Below, one piece after another: positions 1-13,949 of a DNA stretch of 64,000 nucleotides. The translations under genes and the position numbers were made by a program. Source of the stretch: Octopus sinensis (lineage: Eukaryota); assembly GCF_006345805.1 (NCBI RefSeq), contig NC_042997.1, forward strand, positions 34,782,001-34,846,000, in the 5' to 3' direction. The notes beneath the pieces are model-generated. The model was not told the origin of the DNA and did not search any database. It worked only from the letters and a program-made list of their open reading frames with translations. Positions within the stretch are counted from its first letter, which is position 1. Each line of letters opens with the position of its first letter.

Positions 1-500
1 GAATGTATCATGCCTTTATTCCGATATGGCTGTGTAATTATAATCATTCTTTCATTTTATCTCCTGAAGGTCATATGCCTTATGTTTTGGTAGACAGAGC
101 GGCGATGTCTCTGAAGTAAATTTGTGCAAAAGCTGTAAGATTTTCAAGCTGGAACAAAACGATCGCAGACCAACAGAATGGGAACTTATCTATTCCTCGG
201 TAGAACTCGCCAAAATTATTTCCTTAATGTTACTCATTGAGAATATTTCAATAAATAAATTTCTCTAAATAAAGAGAAGTGCTTTGAATCTAGACAAGCA
301 TAATGTTTCGATTTCTTTCAGTTTGGTTTCGGTTTGTCCTTAATAATAACTTTTGTAGTGTCAGTAACGGTTTTGTGAAACTAACTATGAGAGGAAGTGT
401 AAGTTGTTTGCGGTGGAATCATTACTTTCTGTACAGGGCTTGTTCTGTAACCTGGATATTGTTTCTCACAATTTTTCTATACTTTAGTTAATATAAAATA

Positions 501-887
501 CTAGCAGTATCGCCCGGCGTTGCTCGGGTTTGTAAGGGAAATAACTATATAAGCATTTTTAGAGAGTTATAGCCAAAAAATAGCAAAAAAAATGGAAAAA
601 AATGATGGTAAATTTCTTTTTAAATCGTTGACTTATCGTAGACATTTTTAGAGAGTTACTTCCCTTATATAATAGCGAAAAAATGCATTAAAATGGAAAA
701 AAATGATGGTAAATTATTTTAAAAATCGTAGACTCATCGTAGACGCGCGCTAATACCCAGAAGGGCTTGATATGAATCACGACTATACGATACCCGCTTT
801 TGGTTACACTGCACCGCAAAATGTGGGAGTAGTTAGGAATCTAAATCATAGGAGACAGACACACAACTTCACTTTTATATATAAAGA
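501..887 (-). mobile_element. Non-autonomous Helitron-type element (family H1)
   Basis: On the minus strand: 5' TC(TTTATATATAAAAG), 3' hairpin CCCGAGCAACGCCGGG then CTAG, inserted in A|T with no TSD. Homologous to 28783-29078. Confidence 0.85.
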
Positions 888-1774
888 TATGGCTAAATGT
901 ATCATTCCTTGAAGAAAATATCTTACGTCTAATTGGAAGAAATAAATCTTTCGACAGGTGTGGCGAGCGCCGGAACGCTAGATTTGTACCTAAACATCTA
1001 ATTTTGATTTCAGGTTAACTTAGCTTATAACTATTGATGTCGCCACTTTAAAGTAAAAAGAATGTATTTCACCACTGAAAGACTCCAGTTAAATCCAGTT
1101 TACAAACATGATGGACTCTCACTCTATTTCCTGCATTAATCAATCGGCAACAGAAGACAAAAGGAGTTAAAATCAAAATATTCTGTTACCGCAATTTAGA
1201 AAAAGTTGTAAAAAACTATTTGGATGTAAAGAAAACCTGGTTTCTGGAAAAGGGTGACAATGTCCAACGAAATAATAGTTTATGTTCATTATATCACGTT
1301 ATTGAGGGCGCTGTATGACAAAGTTGAGAACGCGAAGTATTGAAAAGATTGCTGTATATTTTGAGTTCAACTCCTATCAGAATTGATATAATTGACTATA
1401 ATATCTACACAATGTTGATGTCCTGCTAAAATAAAAGAACACGATTCTATGTTATCAGGATTAAACATCACACAGTATGACTAAAAAGGAACTAAATATT
1501 TTAATATTTTCTATTTTGATGAACGATATTTTCAGCTTCAAATCTCATCGGGACGAATTTTTCTCTTGAATTCTGCGACGATTGAATAATTTCCAATAAT
1601 TGTGTCTGTAAAACAAGACACAATCCCTACAATTCTAAGAGAAGACGGCAAGCCGATACAATTGAATGTAAAGTTGATCCCGATGCTATTTACAGCTAGA
1701 AGAAACATCGTTGAGAACTTTGTGTGACGACCTAACAATTTTGCCATGGCACTACCCTTAAGTAATTTCACACT

Positions 1775-1805
1775 ACTACCACTACTACTACTACTACTAC
1801 TACTA

Positions 1806-1847
<42 letters not shown>
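1775..1847. repeat. (CTA)n microsatellite
   Basis: Direct reading; abuts the 3' end of the SINE at 1848. Confidence 0.95.
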
Positions 1848-1849
<2 letters not shown>

Positions 1850-2210
1850 TTTTGTTTCAGTCATTTGACTGCGGTTATGCTGCAGCACCACCTTTAGTCG
1901 AAGAAATCGACCCCAAAACTTCTCCTTTGTAAGCTTAGTACTTATTTTATCGATCTCTTTTGCCGAACCACTAAGTTACTGGAGCATAAACATGCCAGCA
2001 TCGGTTGCCAAGCGATGTTGAGTGCTCAAACACAGGCACACAAGCATATATATAAAAATGTATATTCGACGGGCTTCTTTCAGTTTCCATCTGCCAAACC
2101 CACTCACGAGGCTACAGTAGAAAATAATTGCCCAAGGTCCAACGAAGTGGGACTGAACCCGGAGCCATGTGGTTGGTAAGCAAGCTACTTACCACACAGT
2201 CACTCCTGCA
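1848..2210 (-). mobile_element. tRNA-derived SINE, family A (older copy)
   Basis: A-box TGACTGTGTGG, B-box GGTTCAGTCCC, CORE-like CCTTGGGCAA segment, and the same 3' tail as copies at 28273, 33564, 48010, 55940 and 60277. Confidence 0.9.
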
Positions 2211-2212
2211 TC

Positions 2213-2250
<38 letters not shown>

Positions 2251-2300
2251 TAATAATAATAATAACAATAATAATAATAATAATATTAATAATAATAATA
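2213..2300. repeat. (TAA)n microsatellite
   Basis: Direct reading. Confidence 0.95.
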
Positions 2301-5160
2301 TGAAATAACAGAACGGATTTATCTAAAAATAGTAATTTAAAAAAGTGTACTGTGTTGCATTATACAACTTAGATAACTTAGATTGGTTTCGGACATTATT
2401 GTCCAAGGCCATGACTATCATAATAGAACCAACTTTGAAAAGTATTTTAGTTAATTATTTCGGGACACAATGGACCATTCAAGCAAAGAGTTGTTGTTAG
2501 TTGAGACGTATCCAGATGTAAGTGGCTTATCCGGTATTTCATAGAGGGATTTGTCCAGGAACGGTTTTAAAGTTGTGAGGTTTTTTCTACTTTAATTTCT
2601 TTCGGGGATAACATTGAAAAGAGCAGGACCATTTCCAGTGAAAATATTGTTTCACAATGTTGTTATGTGACGTGATCCCGACCTTTGTAGGGGACGCATT
2701 GCATGGGTGGGGGGGGGCCTAGTCTTGGGTGAATTGCAGTCATAATATCGATATAATTTGAAGAATATAGGTGGAATATTTTCCATATGGTGCAAATAAT
2801 ATATCGCTAATGAATCTTTGTTCGTATTCGTACAACTATACAGAGGCATTCTGATTAAACATTGAGCCATTGCATGTCGTTCAACATAAAAAAGGGAGGA
2901 CATTTTCGAACATGCACGTTGAAAATTAGGGAATCTCGACACAGTCAATTAACCTTAGCATCTAAAGACCTTTACTATTAAAAGATAAAGACACAGAATA
3001 CAAATAGTTAATACACACTTTTTTGCCTTTCATAACAGGTCTAAACACCTAGGATTGATCTAAGTCTAAGCAGTAAGAACAATAAGGACCGAATTCCCGA
3101 ACAGTGAAGATTGTTATTCCATGCGAACATAGTTTTTAGTAGTATTTTCACGCCACATATATAATTCATCGTTCCTTTTAAAAGATAAACGTAAAAAAGA
3201 TCGTTCTTTCATGTGTTGTTAAGAAAGAAATGAAGTTTATAAGAATACTGCTGAAATGAAAGGAAAATGTATATCTGTTTGTTTATTCTAACACTATTTA
3301 TCATCAAATGCTAGTCATTTTATTGGTACTGTTAAAGAGAGGAAGACATTTTAGATACCAGAATGTTTTAGATAAAGAAAAAGAAAGAAATACTGAACTC
3401 CAGATTTTGTTCCAGTTGATGTATGTGCGGACGAAAGGAAGGGAAAAGACAAACTAATTCTAAGATAAAGTAAAAGTGGATAAGAGAAAAAGAAAAAAGA
3501 CATTTGTTTAAAAGAGAATATGAGAATATGTACGTGTAAGCGAGGCCATAAAAACGAAGAGAAAATAAATAACAAATGCAAAAAATAGGGAATATATGCG
3601 GGAAATAATGAATGGGAGGGAGAAAGGGGAAGAAAGGTGAGGTAAGAAGAAATACAGAAAACGAAAGAATACAAGATAACTATGACAAAAGAAAATGTAA
3701 AGAAACAAAAGTAAAGTGTAGAAGAAATTTAGCCAAAGGTGATGTGTTAATTATGAGTCGTGTTTTGATTTATCGAGTCACAGTTATTTTTACCCAAATA
3801 ATAAATTGCAGTTGGTTCATTGGTAAAAGGAATGACATAAAATGAAAATAAATACATAAATATGTTTATCGGGTTTTAATTAATGGGAAAATCAATAGTA
3901 CTATGAATATAAATTCACTTAAATAATTTAAAGCGATATCGCGAAACATTCAATCTGCAGGACGTTCGTATTTGAAGTCATTGATTTAGCAATTCCGTTG
4001 TTATAAACAACAACATAAATAACAACAAGAATAGGGTAATAACACTTTGGTATTCAAGAAGGTTGCATTTTGTTTTTAGAATTTTAATACTAACTTCCAG
4101 CAATCTATCGTAAATATTAAAAAGGCAAACTACAGAAAATAACATTAATTCAAAACGTAAAAAAAAAAATATGTTTGAATCATTGTTATCTATCTGCTTT
4201 GTAATGAAGTAAGGTTTTTCATATTATCAGAATAAAGATAAGGTTGCGCCTGTAACTTCGTAAACACGGATAAGTGAAATAACTAGTTTAATACTTGCAG
4301 AGGCACTTTTGAAATCTGTCCCGTAAATAGATAAAACAGTAAAATAATAAAAGTTTGCTTTAATAAAAGATGGTTGAGAATATCAATGCATTACTGACGC
4401 CATGTACAAATTGTCAGGTATAAATATGAATATGTATGCGAAGAAGCGGATTCACTCTTTTGCTTGGTGGATGTAACGAAAGTTTTCTCAAATATCAATG
4501 TTTGAAGTGGTATGTGATCTGATTAAAATACATAGCCAATGTACACTGCATGGTAGAAGGCTCCGGTGTTGTCTTATGAATAAATCGATTACAGGACATA
4601 TTTATCGAAAATGTTTCTATTGCAGGATACAATTTTGTGCATTCTGGATGTTCAGTAAAGTTCTAAAAATTCCCTTATTTACTGTTATTCTGCCAGGAAT
4701 GATGAAATAATTATCAACAATAAACTAAACATGTATACAATTTGCTCTGAAAAATCGTCGTTGTCAAGAAAATTATTATGATAAATCCTCACATGTCAGG
4801 CAAAATAAAAAGAAGAAAAACTGAGTTATGAAATAGCAAACTTCAATTAACCGCTGTTGAAATCTGACTTAAAGCAGATTCCAGAGCAGAGGCACGGACG
4901 CACATTGTCAATGGTTCTATAACTCGCTTAATCTTCATTTACTATCTATGCTTACTGTCTGAGCAAAATATCAACCACTATCAGTATATATATTTATATT
5001 GTGGCTGTTAATATGCCGTAGCATATTCAGAGAATGAAACCTGAGGCAAGTCCTCGAAACGCGGTAGCAACATTATAATTACCTAATTAACTGCGATATA
5101 TACAAACACATGGACACATACACACCCACAAATACATATATACATATATACATACATGTA

Positions 5161-5450
5161 TGAGCAAGGTCGTTGCCAGTGCCGCTGAACTGGCTCCTGT
5201 GCAGGTGGCACATAAACGGCACCATTTAAGCGTGGCCGCTGCCATTACCGCCTGACTGGCCCTCGTGCTGGTGGCACGTAAAAAGCATCCACTACACTCT
5301 CGGAGTGGTTGGCGTTAGGAGGGCATCCAACTGTAGAAACGTGCCAGATCAGATTGGAGTCTGGTGCAGCCATCTGGTTCGCCAGACCTCAGTCAAATCG
5401 TCCAACTCATGCTAGCATGGAAAGCGGACGTTACACGATGATGATGATGA
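5161..5450 (+). mobile_element. SINE-like element, 3' portion (family E) with (GAT)n tail
   Basis: GC-rich body with GGCGTTAGGAGGGCATCC motif ending GCTAGCATGGAAAGCGGACGTTACAC-(GAT)n; no tRNA head visible. Confidence 0.65.
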
Positions 5451-8040
5451 TATATATAATTATACACATAGGTTTGTGAATGGGCATTTTTTCATGACAA
5501 GCACATAAGTTTGTGCCCGAGGAGTGTTAAATACTTGTAATCTTTTAACGCAGCTTATTCATGTGAGTACACAACATTCAACTATTTTGCTTTGATTATC
5601 CCAACATCTTCTCTTCCTATGTTGGAACACAGATATGTCAATATTTTGTGCTCTTTACTTTTTCCTCTGGTTCCCTTTCCCTTCAAAATGTAATCGGCTT
5701 TTATAAAAGGAGTGACAGAGGTATTGCTACACGTATTTCATCATTTTGTACCCATGCTTCGTTGTCAATCTTCCACTCGTTAAGTATGTCAGATTTATTG
5801 ACCATTCATATAAAATAAATATATTTATTTCAGTATATTATGACGTGCAGGATACTGCTGGAATACGTATCCTTGCTGGTTTCATCCTAGATTTGAAATT
5901 TCAAGTTTTACTCCCTATTTTCCAGACTTGCCGTTCAGAATTTAAAATATTGTGATGATGTCGGTATAAATCCTATTCTTGCAGGATTTATTTAGTTTTT
6001 GCGTCCAACCTCTGGTTGGAAGCATCATTGGTGGCAGTATGCAGAAGAAGCACTCGGCACTGAAGTGTTAGTGAAACAAAAACGTCACTGCTGATACACA
6101 ACATACAAATATATATTTTATCCAGGCTACAATCCAAACCTGAATACATTTACTGATTCGGTTACAATCATTACCAAGTTGAATGCCAATAGATTTTATG
6201 GTCTAGCTTCAGCTATATCTCAAAGTCACTCGTATGTGACTGGGCGACTGAACTGAAATGCCCGTCGATTACAGTCTAGCAAAATGTACAATAATTTCCT
6301 AGGTTTATATCAATAGATAGCATTCCATATATGAAGATAATTTAGTGAACTTAGGATTAAGACGGAGTCGTTTCCCGGCTACGCAGAAGTTTTGTGTGCC
6401 CTGGTCGTGGTAAGTTGTGCAGAATTGTTGAGAATAAGCTATATTCTCTCGATTATTCCAATGACAACGCCTGCAAAGAGAGGTTATATGCGGAGGCCAA
6501 TCGATTGGAATTTTTTCTATATTTATAAATGCCAGTATAGTTAAGACACAATTAATATATCTGAGACAAACAGTCCATGAATTTAATTTCATTTTTCATT
6601 GTAAGAGCAAAGCTATTTCCTTAACCTCACAGTTTCGTTTTCAGTTACTGTTATGTTATATCATTTTCCTAATACGCCTGGTAAATGATGGGAACTCGAA
6701 ATGTTCAATTTCCTTCTTGCTAAAATAAATAGCCATTGAACAAATCAAATAACTCCAGCTTTAAAGCACAAAAACGTACAGAAATAAAATATAATTAAAT
6801 TGGATTAAATATACAAGGAAGTATAATGATATTTAAGTAAAAGAACAAAGATCAAGCTCTCGGTAAGTCGCCACTATGTCATTGTTTCAATTCTTATTTA
6901 AATCTATTTCGAATAAAGATCAAGTAAAGGAACAAAAGCCAAAACATCTCATTTGTCTAATACTGCAAAAACAGACAGCCATTGTGCTTGGTAAACACTC
7001 AATAATGATATCTGTAGCTAAGGTATCGATTCGCATGTTGCAGCGAAGGTTTGTATGCAGTATGATGCAAATAATAATAGTTGAACAGAAGCTAAAGAAG
7101 TTTCACTTCACAATAATGTGAGAGAGAATTAGAGAATACAAATAATGACACCATATAAATAAAATCTGTGCCGGTAGTGTGCTGAGTTGCCAGCTAAAAG
7201 GCAGACGTTACACAATATCAGTTTGTTATACGATCTAGTCGGACGGAAGCGGTAGACTAGGAAGTTATCAGAGGAGAGACATTAAGTTTTTGGACAGTAT
7301 TTCGTTGCTTCAAAAGTGAAGCCTCCAAACATTCCCCGGATAACTGTTAGAAGAAATTAACGTCCTAGGAAAGAGAAAACGTGATTTCCAGTTAAAATAT
7401 TTGAGATCCCAAATGAGATCTAGTTACTCTCAAACAGTACCATTTTATTCTTTAGGAATATGACACAGATCAGATTTCTAAAGTAGCGACCAAAACATAT
7501 ACTTACATACACACTGACACTCACATGCGCATACATTTACATAAATATATGTAAATTCTTGCACACACAAAAATATTAATACTTTTTTCCCAAAATGCAT
7601 TAAATAAGGGAGGAAGAAACGTTAAATAAAGGGGGAAGAGATCCACTAAATAATCAAAACTGTGATCAAGAGACATTAACAGAGTTTCTGTGTGGTTATA
7701 TAACCAGTGGAAAAAGCAACAAAACAAATATCAGTTTAACATGAGCCATAATGAACTGCATTCATGAAAAATATCAAATATTATTAGAATGGTTCGTTGC
7801 AGTCACTGTTTTCCTTTTTAGTTGTTTTCAGTTTGTAATTATTTTTTAAATCAAGAGTAACTGTTTTGAAATCCTAAATTGTTAGATGAAAATATATGCA
7901 TGTAAATAAAACACGTGAACCGAATGTAATGCTTTCAAAAAGATCAAACAGCCTCAAAAAGAAACAATGTTACAGTAGGTAGATGAGCAAGTGATATAAT
8001 GGGACATGTACATATGCACAATATACCGCTGTTCATGTTT

Positions 8041-8043
<3 letters not shown>

Positions 8044-8122
<79 letters not shown>

Positions 8123-8153
8123 GTATATATATGTATGTATATGTATATGTGTA

Positions 8154-8192
<39 letters not shown>
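8044..8192. repeat. (TA)n/(TATG)n compound microsatellite, representative of dozens in the window
   Basis: Direct reading; source of the YIYIYI ORFs. Confidence 0.95.
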
Positions 8193-8197
<5 letters not shown>

Positions 8198-8351
8198 CAC
8201 AAATATACATGCATATCTATATACATACACACATTCATATACATATATTGTTGTATATACAAAATTTGAATTGTTACCTTAAAAATATTTAACGATCGTT
8301 GATATTTGGATAATTACGTGTATATGTATGTATATATACATATACGTGTAT

Positions 8352-8421
<70 letters not shown>

Positions 8422-8844
8422 CTCCTTTGTATATTTGCATGGAGAGTTTGTACATAAATATATATTGACTACGAACTATAAATATTAAGTGAATATTTAA
8501 TGTGAATCAGAAAGGGATAGAGAAGTAGAAAATAAATGATAGAAAAAATAGATAAGTAGAAATGTATAATGCTATAGATACAGAAGTTATAAAAGGATCG
8601 ACACAAAAAATAAATGGGATTATATTATTAGGAAGAAAATGAAGGATATTTCATATGGCAATAAATAGCTAAATGGCATTGCAGCATGGGATATTATGTG
8701 TTTAAAGGAGACAAAGTTAGATAGATTAGTATTATTAATGGGGAAAAATAGATGTACAGATATGTATTAAAACAAGATGGTGCGATGGGAAAAATGTGGA
8801 AAATGAAAGGGAATGATGATCAGAATGAGAGAGAAATGAAAGGT

Positions 8845-8884
<40 letters not shown>

Positions 8885-9367
8885 AGAGAAAGAAAGAGAG
8901 AGAGGGAGAGAGAATGAGAAGAAGATATATATATAGAGAAAGATGCAAAGACAAAGAGGAATGTATCAAGAGTAAGTGAAGGAACCAGTGATAGGTTGAA
9001 ATATGTGTGCGTACATTTCGACATAACATTATGATTGATATTTGAACAACAGATTAACTGTAAGGAGGAAAAAAGTGTGGGGGATTGATAAGTAAATAGA
9101 GTGTGTGATCAAGAATGTGAGTGAGCAAAGGGCTTGTAGATGTGAGAAAGAGAGAATGGTATAACTACGCACACAGACACCGACGCACATACATAGACAT
9201 ATAATACATAAACACACACACACGTATGTTTATATATATATGTATGTGTATATATATATACATGGATATATATCTATGTATATATATATATATATAAATA
9301 ATATAATAATAATATATTATATATCATATAAATAATATAATAATAATATATTATATATCATATAAAT

Positions 9368-9447
<80 letters not shown>

Positions 9448-9492
9448 GATGATGATGATGATGATGATGATGATGAATATCCTTGGATGGGA

Positions 9493-9796
9493 TTTATAAA
9501 CATTTAATTTATCGCTACGCGTGTTTCCACAACTCAAGTCTCTTAACATCACAGTCCGTATTCCTGAAATGATTACAGTGTAGTCCGCAATATCCGTGTG
9601 CATCGAGTTCACCATCTTCCTGGATTCATTTCTTCGGGTGATATAACATTAATGGATGTACAACAGTATGAAGGTTTAGCCTGATATCCAAAGATGCTGC
9701 CGATTACACCGTAATCACCTCAGGAATACGGGTTGTGAGCTTAAGAGACATGTGATTTGTGGAAACGTGCGTAGTGATGCATTAAATGTTTATGAA
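9493..9796. repeat. Imperfect inverted repeat, about 100-bp arms and 98-bp spacer (MITE-like)
   Basis: 9493-9594 aligns with the reverse complement of 9693-9796 (ATAAACATTTAAT, GTTTCCACAA, GTCTCTTAA, CCGTATTCCTGA, TGATTAC). Confidence 0.8.
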
Positions 9797-10072
9797 TTGC
9801 AACAAATGATTATTGTTATTAACATTATTATATTTATCGTACATCATACCGGTAAAGATCTATGGAACTTCAAAAAACTGGTTCACTATTTACATCACTA
9901 TACTGTGTCTACCATAATTGAAAAGGAGCTATATTCAAAACGTTTCCCGGAAACAAATTTAATACATACACACACACATACATACATACATACATACATA
10001 CATGCATACATACATATATGAGTGTGTGTGTGTATGTATATTTTCTATATACATATACATACATATATACAT

Positions 10073-10110
<38 letters not shown>

Positions 10111-10115
<5 letters not shown>

Positions 10116-10270
10116 CCGAAATTCCGAGGATAATCTGGTGCTTGACTGAAGATAGAAAGCTTCGAATGCCTCGTCCTTGTTTTCTTTGAATCATCTATCT
10201 GGTTGCTTTTTGTCCCTTTTTGTATCACCTAGCTGTCCGGATGTTTTGCGTTCTTGTCCCATTTTGTATT
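10111..10270 (+). repeat. Short PLE-terminus-like repeat embedded in (TA)n
   Basis: CTGAAGA...CTTCGAAT degenerate hammerhead-like stretch followed by a T-rich tail similar in style to 13430-13636. Confidence 0.35.
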
Positions 10271-10436
10271 ATATATATATATTATATTAAATTAGAGATA
10301 AAACCCCTAATCAAACGGTGAAAATCATAAGCCAATACATAGAAATAAAATTAAATTAAAAAATATAAAAGTTAAAATTTAAAAATTATTTAAATCATTT
10401 AAACTTATAAATTTTAAATATATATATATATAATAT

Positions 10437-10484
<48 letters not shown>

Positions 10485-10578
10485 GTATATTTTTATATTA
10501 TTTTATTTATTTATTTTTTTCAAATTATACAAATATCAAAAATTATTAAAAGTTTAATAAAAGATAAAGAGTATATAT

Positions 10579-10659
<81 letters not shown>

Positions 10660-11089
10660 CATATATACACACATATATATATGCATGTATATATAGTTTG
10701 CTGTTTTGTAATTTAAGGTCAACAAAAAATGTGCTGCAGCTAATGAGAGATAAATATCATTTACTGTATACACCACATACATAGAAGCTGCTAATATTTT
10801 CTTGCTTTCGAGACGCGTGTTTAGACATGTTTTTATAACACGCCCTGTATCTTGAAGCATAATCTCATGCTCTACTCAAACGAAAATCAAGACGCTTGTG
10901 CATGAGAAATCAGGAGAAAAAGGAAAAAAATGTTGATAGGAAAAGTGTCAACGTGAATAAAAGCAGAAAAACAGTAAGAAAATTAGAGTTACATTCTGTG
11001 TGACCGTAAAAGCCATATTTAGATAATTCAGCGGAGAGTGGTCCAAAATCTACGAAATAGCTACTCAGTCAAGTGAGCGTGGTGTCCTC

Positions 11090-11330
11090 CAATTCAACCA
11101 GAGAAATTTTCCTATATTCTTGCATTTCCTGAAAGTTTTAGATCAAAAATTGAGTATCTGGTACAATCAAGTTAAGGGAGAATCGGAAGGAAATCCATAC
11201 CGTATATAAATGGATCTAAGCCATGCAACTTTTGCATTGCTGAAAGGTCACACATTATATATAGATTTAAGAATTCCACGACACTACTTAAATCCAAATC
11301 CAAAATTTGCGGTAAATGCAAGTAAATAGA
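11090..11330 (+). pseudogene. Penelope-like element GIY-YIG endonuclease C-terminal remnant
   Basis: Translation from 11203, YINGSKPCNFCIAERSHII...LLKSKSKICGKCK, resembles the PLE terminal motif Y.N.sK.C.LCl.EK..Ii...lLN.rsE..skCrH; contains stops. Confidence 0.65.
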
Positions 11331-12883
11331 CAAAAATGTTGTGTCTTTGGTCATCTGGATAGAGCAGCTGTCTCGCAGGCTTTGGGCCCATTCCGTTGAA
11401 TTATTCTACAAAAGCTAAAAAATTATGGTTTTTACAGCAAAATAGATGTAATTCTTTTCCGTTTTCCCCACTTTTTCACTTGATTACTCATGCATTAGCG
11501 TCCTGACTCTCCAAATGAATAGACCGTGTGTCCAGAGCCTTGAGTCTGCTTGGAGACTCAAGGCACATTTTAAGATCTTGATTGAACACGAAACTCTTAG
11601 AGCAAGAAACTTCTAGTAGTTGTAGCTCGTATATCTTTACTGTGCACATTAAATGAAACATATATATATAGATGAATACATGTTTTGTGTGTGTGTGCGC
11701 GTGGTGTGTGCGTATGTATGTATATAATATTTATATATACTAGTATTGGGGAAAATAGTTTAATCAGGTACAAGTAAATTTTCTTATAAAGAGCCACGGA
11801 ATATTTCCAAATATATATACACGAACAGAGCAAATAGACAAAACAATAAATTTCCGAATTAAATTAATATAACCAGAGAGAAATCCAACAATGTTACTGA
11901 CTGTCAGTGGGAAAACAGAAAATTCTACAGATATAAGGAAAAGTAAATAAAGACTCAGATAGATAAATTGATTGATAGTTAGGTAGTCAAAATGATAGAT
12001 AGATGAATAGATAGACAGACAGATAGATCGATTAGATATATAGAGATTTTGAACGGAGTAGAGATAGTAACGGAATATCATTAGACAAACGATGAAGAAT
12101 GTAGTGAAATATAATAATGTGAGTATACGAAAGAGATGGAGATAGAAAGCTGTGTGTTTTTACTTTAAATATATGTTTTGAAGCGAAAATAGAATCCGAA
12201 TGGCAATTATAAGGGGAAATGAATATGATGGAGAGAAATATAAAGTTTGTTGTAGAAATATAGAGGAAAGGATATTGGTTAAAAATGAACAGTAAACAAA
12301 CAGTAGATGGAAACAATTTCATTCAGAAAAAAAAAACCACCCGTAAGACTAAACAAAATATATAAATACATCTATAATTATATTCTTTCATTATGGTACC
12401 ATCGTAATCAAGTAGTTGTACACATGATTCCATGATATGCGTGTATATGACAAATGCGTACAGATATACATACGCAAAAGCACACATCACATACAGGCAT
12501 AAATGTATGCGCACCCGCATACATATGTGTGTGTGTGTAATCAAATATATCTGAATATATACATATGTAAGAGTGTGTGTATTTTTCTGGTGTGTGTACT
12601 AGCTTATTTATGGAAAAACAGAGCAATCGACAATGACATGCAATAAAAAAAATTCAGAAAATATATAGAAATTATCTAAATGTAATCACAATCGTATATG
12701 GGAACATATATATGGACGTGTATATTTATGTATGTTGTGTAACTAGCGATAAGTTTATATGGCAAAATTTATGTATTGCCTCTATTCCAAATTTGTTATA
12801 CATATGCCTACTAAACATAATGGAGAAATACATACATTCATGCATACATATATACATACACACATAAATGTACACACACACAA

Positions 12884-12944
<61 letters not shown>

Positions 12945-13071
12945 TAATTCTAAATAGAAATGCATATATATTAATATATATATATATTACTATGCGTATA
13001 TATATAAATGTGTGTATATATGTGTATGAAATATATATATATATATATAAGCATATATGCATGTATGCACA

Positions 13072-13111
<40 letters not shown>

Positions 13112-13181
13112 AGACACACACACACACGTAATGTTTGCAACTGTCACTAGACCCGCTCACTCAAACGTGTCAGCCTTAATT

Positions 13182-13352
13182 TTTGGCGCAAAATTGTCCC
13201 GATGCTCACACATAGTAGTAGCAGGATAAAATTTTCCACCCTAGTCACGTGATCACCCTCGGCCAATCATATCTTATTTTAAAATAGAACAGATACTAAT
13301 TTGAGCTCCGTTGTTTCTATAAAAACAAGGGGAATTGTTGAACTCCAGTCAG
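13182..13352 (+). promoter_or_regulatory. Candidate Pol II core promoter
   Basis: TTTGGCGC (13182), GTCACGTGAT (13244), CCAAT (13263), TATAAAAA (13318) and Inr-like CCAGTC with A at 13347, 29 nt after the TATA start. Confidence 0.45.
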
Positions 13353-13429
13353 AAAACATTTGAAAATCAAAGAAATCTGTGGAACCTGTTACGTCTCGTT
13401 TTATATATATATATATATATATGTGCAAC

Positions 13430-13636
13430 TCGTAAACACCAGTCGTCTTTTTTCTCTTTCCCTGTTGCCCGCTCTGGGATCTTTCTTTCCTCTCTCTTCC
13501 TTCTTTATGTTTCCAACGAAGAGCTCCGCTCGAAACGTCATACCTCCCTGCTTCCTTTTCCTGAGCGCCTATTAATAATAATACTGTAATTGTTCCATTG
13601 TTGTTGTTTTTTTGTTTCCCGTTTGGATTAAAATTA
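13430..13636 (+). mobile_element. Short dispersed repeat carrying a hammerhead-like motif (family P1)
   Basis: Homologous to the reverse complement of 48462-48665; both copies are flanked by (TA)n. Confidence 0.75.
13509..13543 (+). ncRNA. Minimal type-I hammerhead ribozyme-like motif (mutated core)
   Basis: GUUU-CCAACGA-A-GAGC(UCC)GCUC-GAAA-CG-UC-AUAC; perfect stem II, palindromic ACGU stem III, core changes U4C and G5A. Confidence 0.5.
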
Positions 13637-13949
13637 TATATATATATATATATATATCAAAGTAAGCAACAGGATATCAAGAAGTGATGCAGTACGACCG
13701 TATCAAGCGGCTCCGCTTAAATGAACAATCCAATCATTAGATCAATTTAAATGCAGGGCTATCCTCAGCTGCATAAATAAATATAAAAATTTAATTAGTT
13801 GGACACATTAATATAATTTTACTTGAATTCTCTAATAGAGCAAGAAGAGGAAAAAAGTCCATGTTTGTACTAATGTAGCTCAAAATATACTACACTTCTC
13901 AAAACTGTATGAAGTTTGTTTGGGCCATAGCTTGTAACGGATTGAGGTT

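Noticed and set aside
1538-1771. 77-aa minus-strand ORF
   Set aside because: No recognisable motif or splice context; the length is compatible with chance.
2380-2990. Possible PLE reverse-transcriptase remnant on the minus strand
   Set aside because: Only vague resemblance (FYVERHAMA, YLHHMENIPP); the catalytic motif is not recoverable.
5030-5075. CTGAGGCAAGTCCTCGAAACGCGG hammerhead-like string
   Set aside because: The core lacks the NGA after CUGA and stem I does not form; at best a decayed relic.
7944-8488. Many ORFs rich in YIYI, HTHT, CVCV, SLSL or III across the window
   Set aside because: They are translations of (TA)n, (CA)n, (GA)n and (ATT)n microsatellites, which lack stops in some frames.
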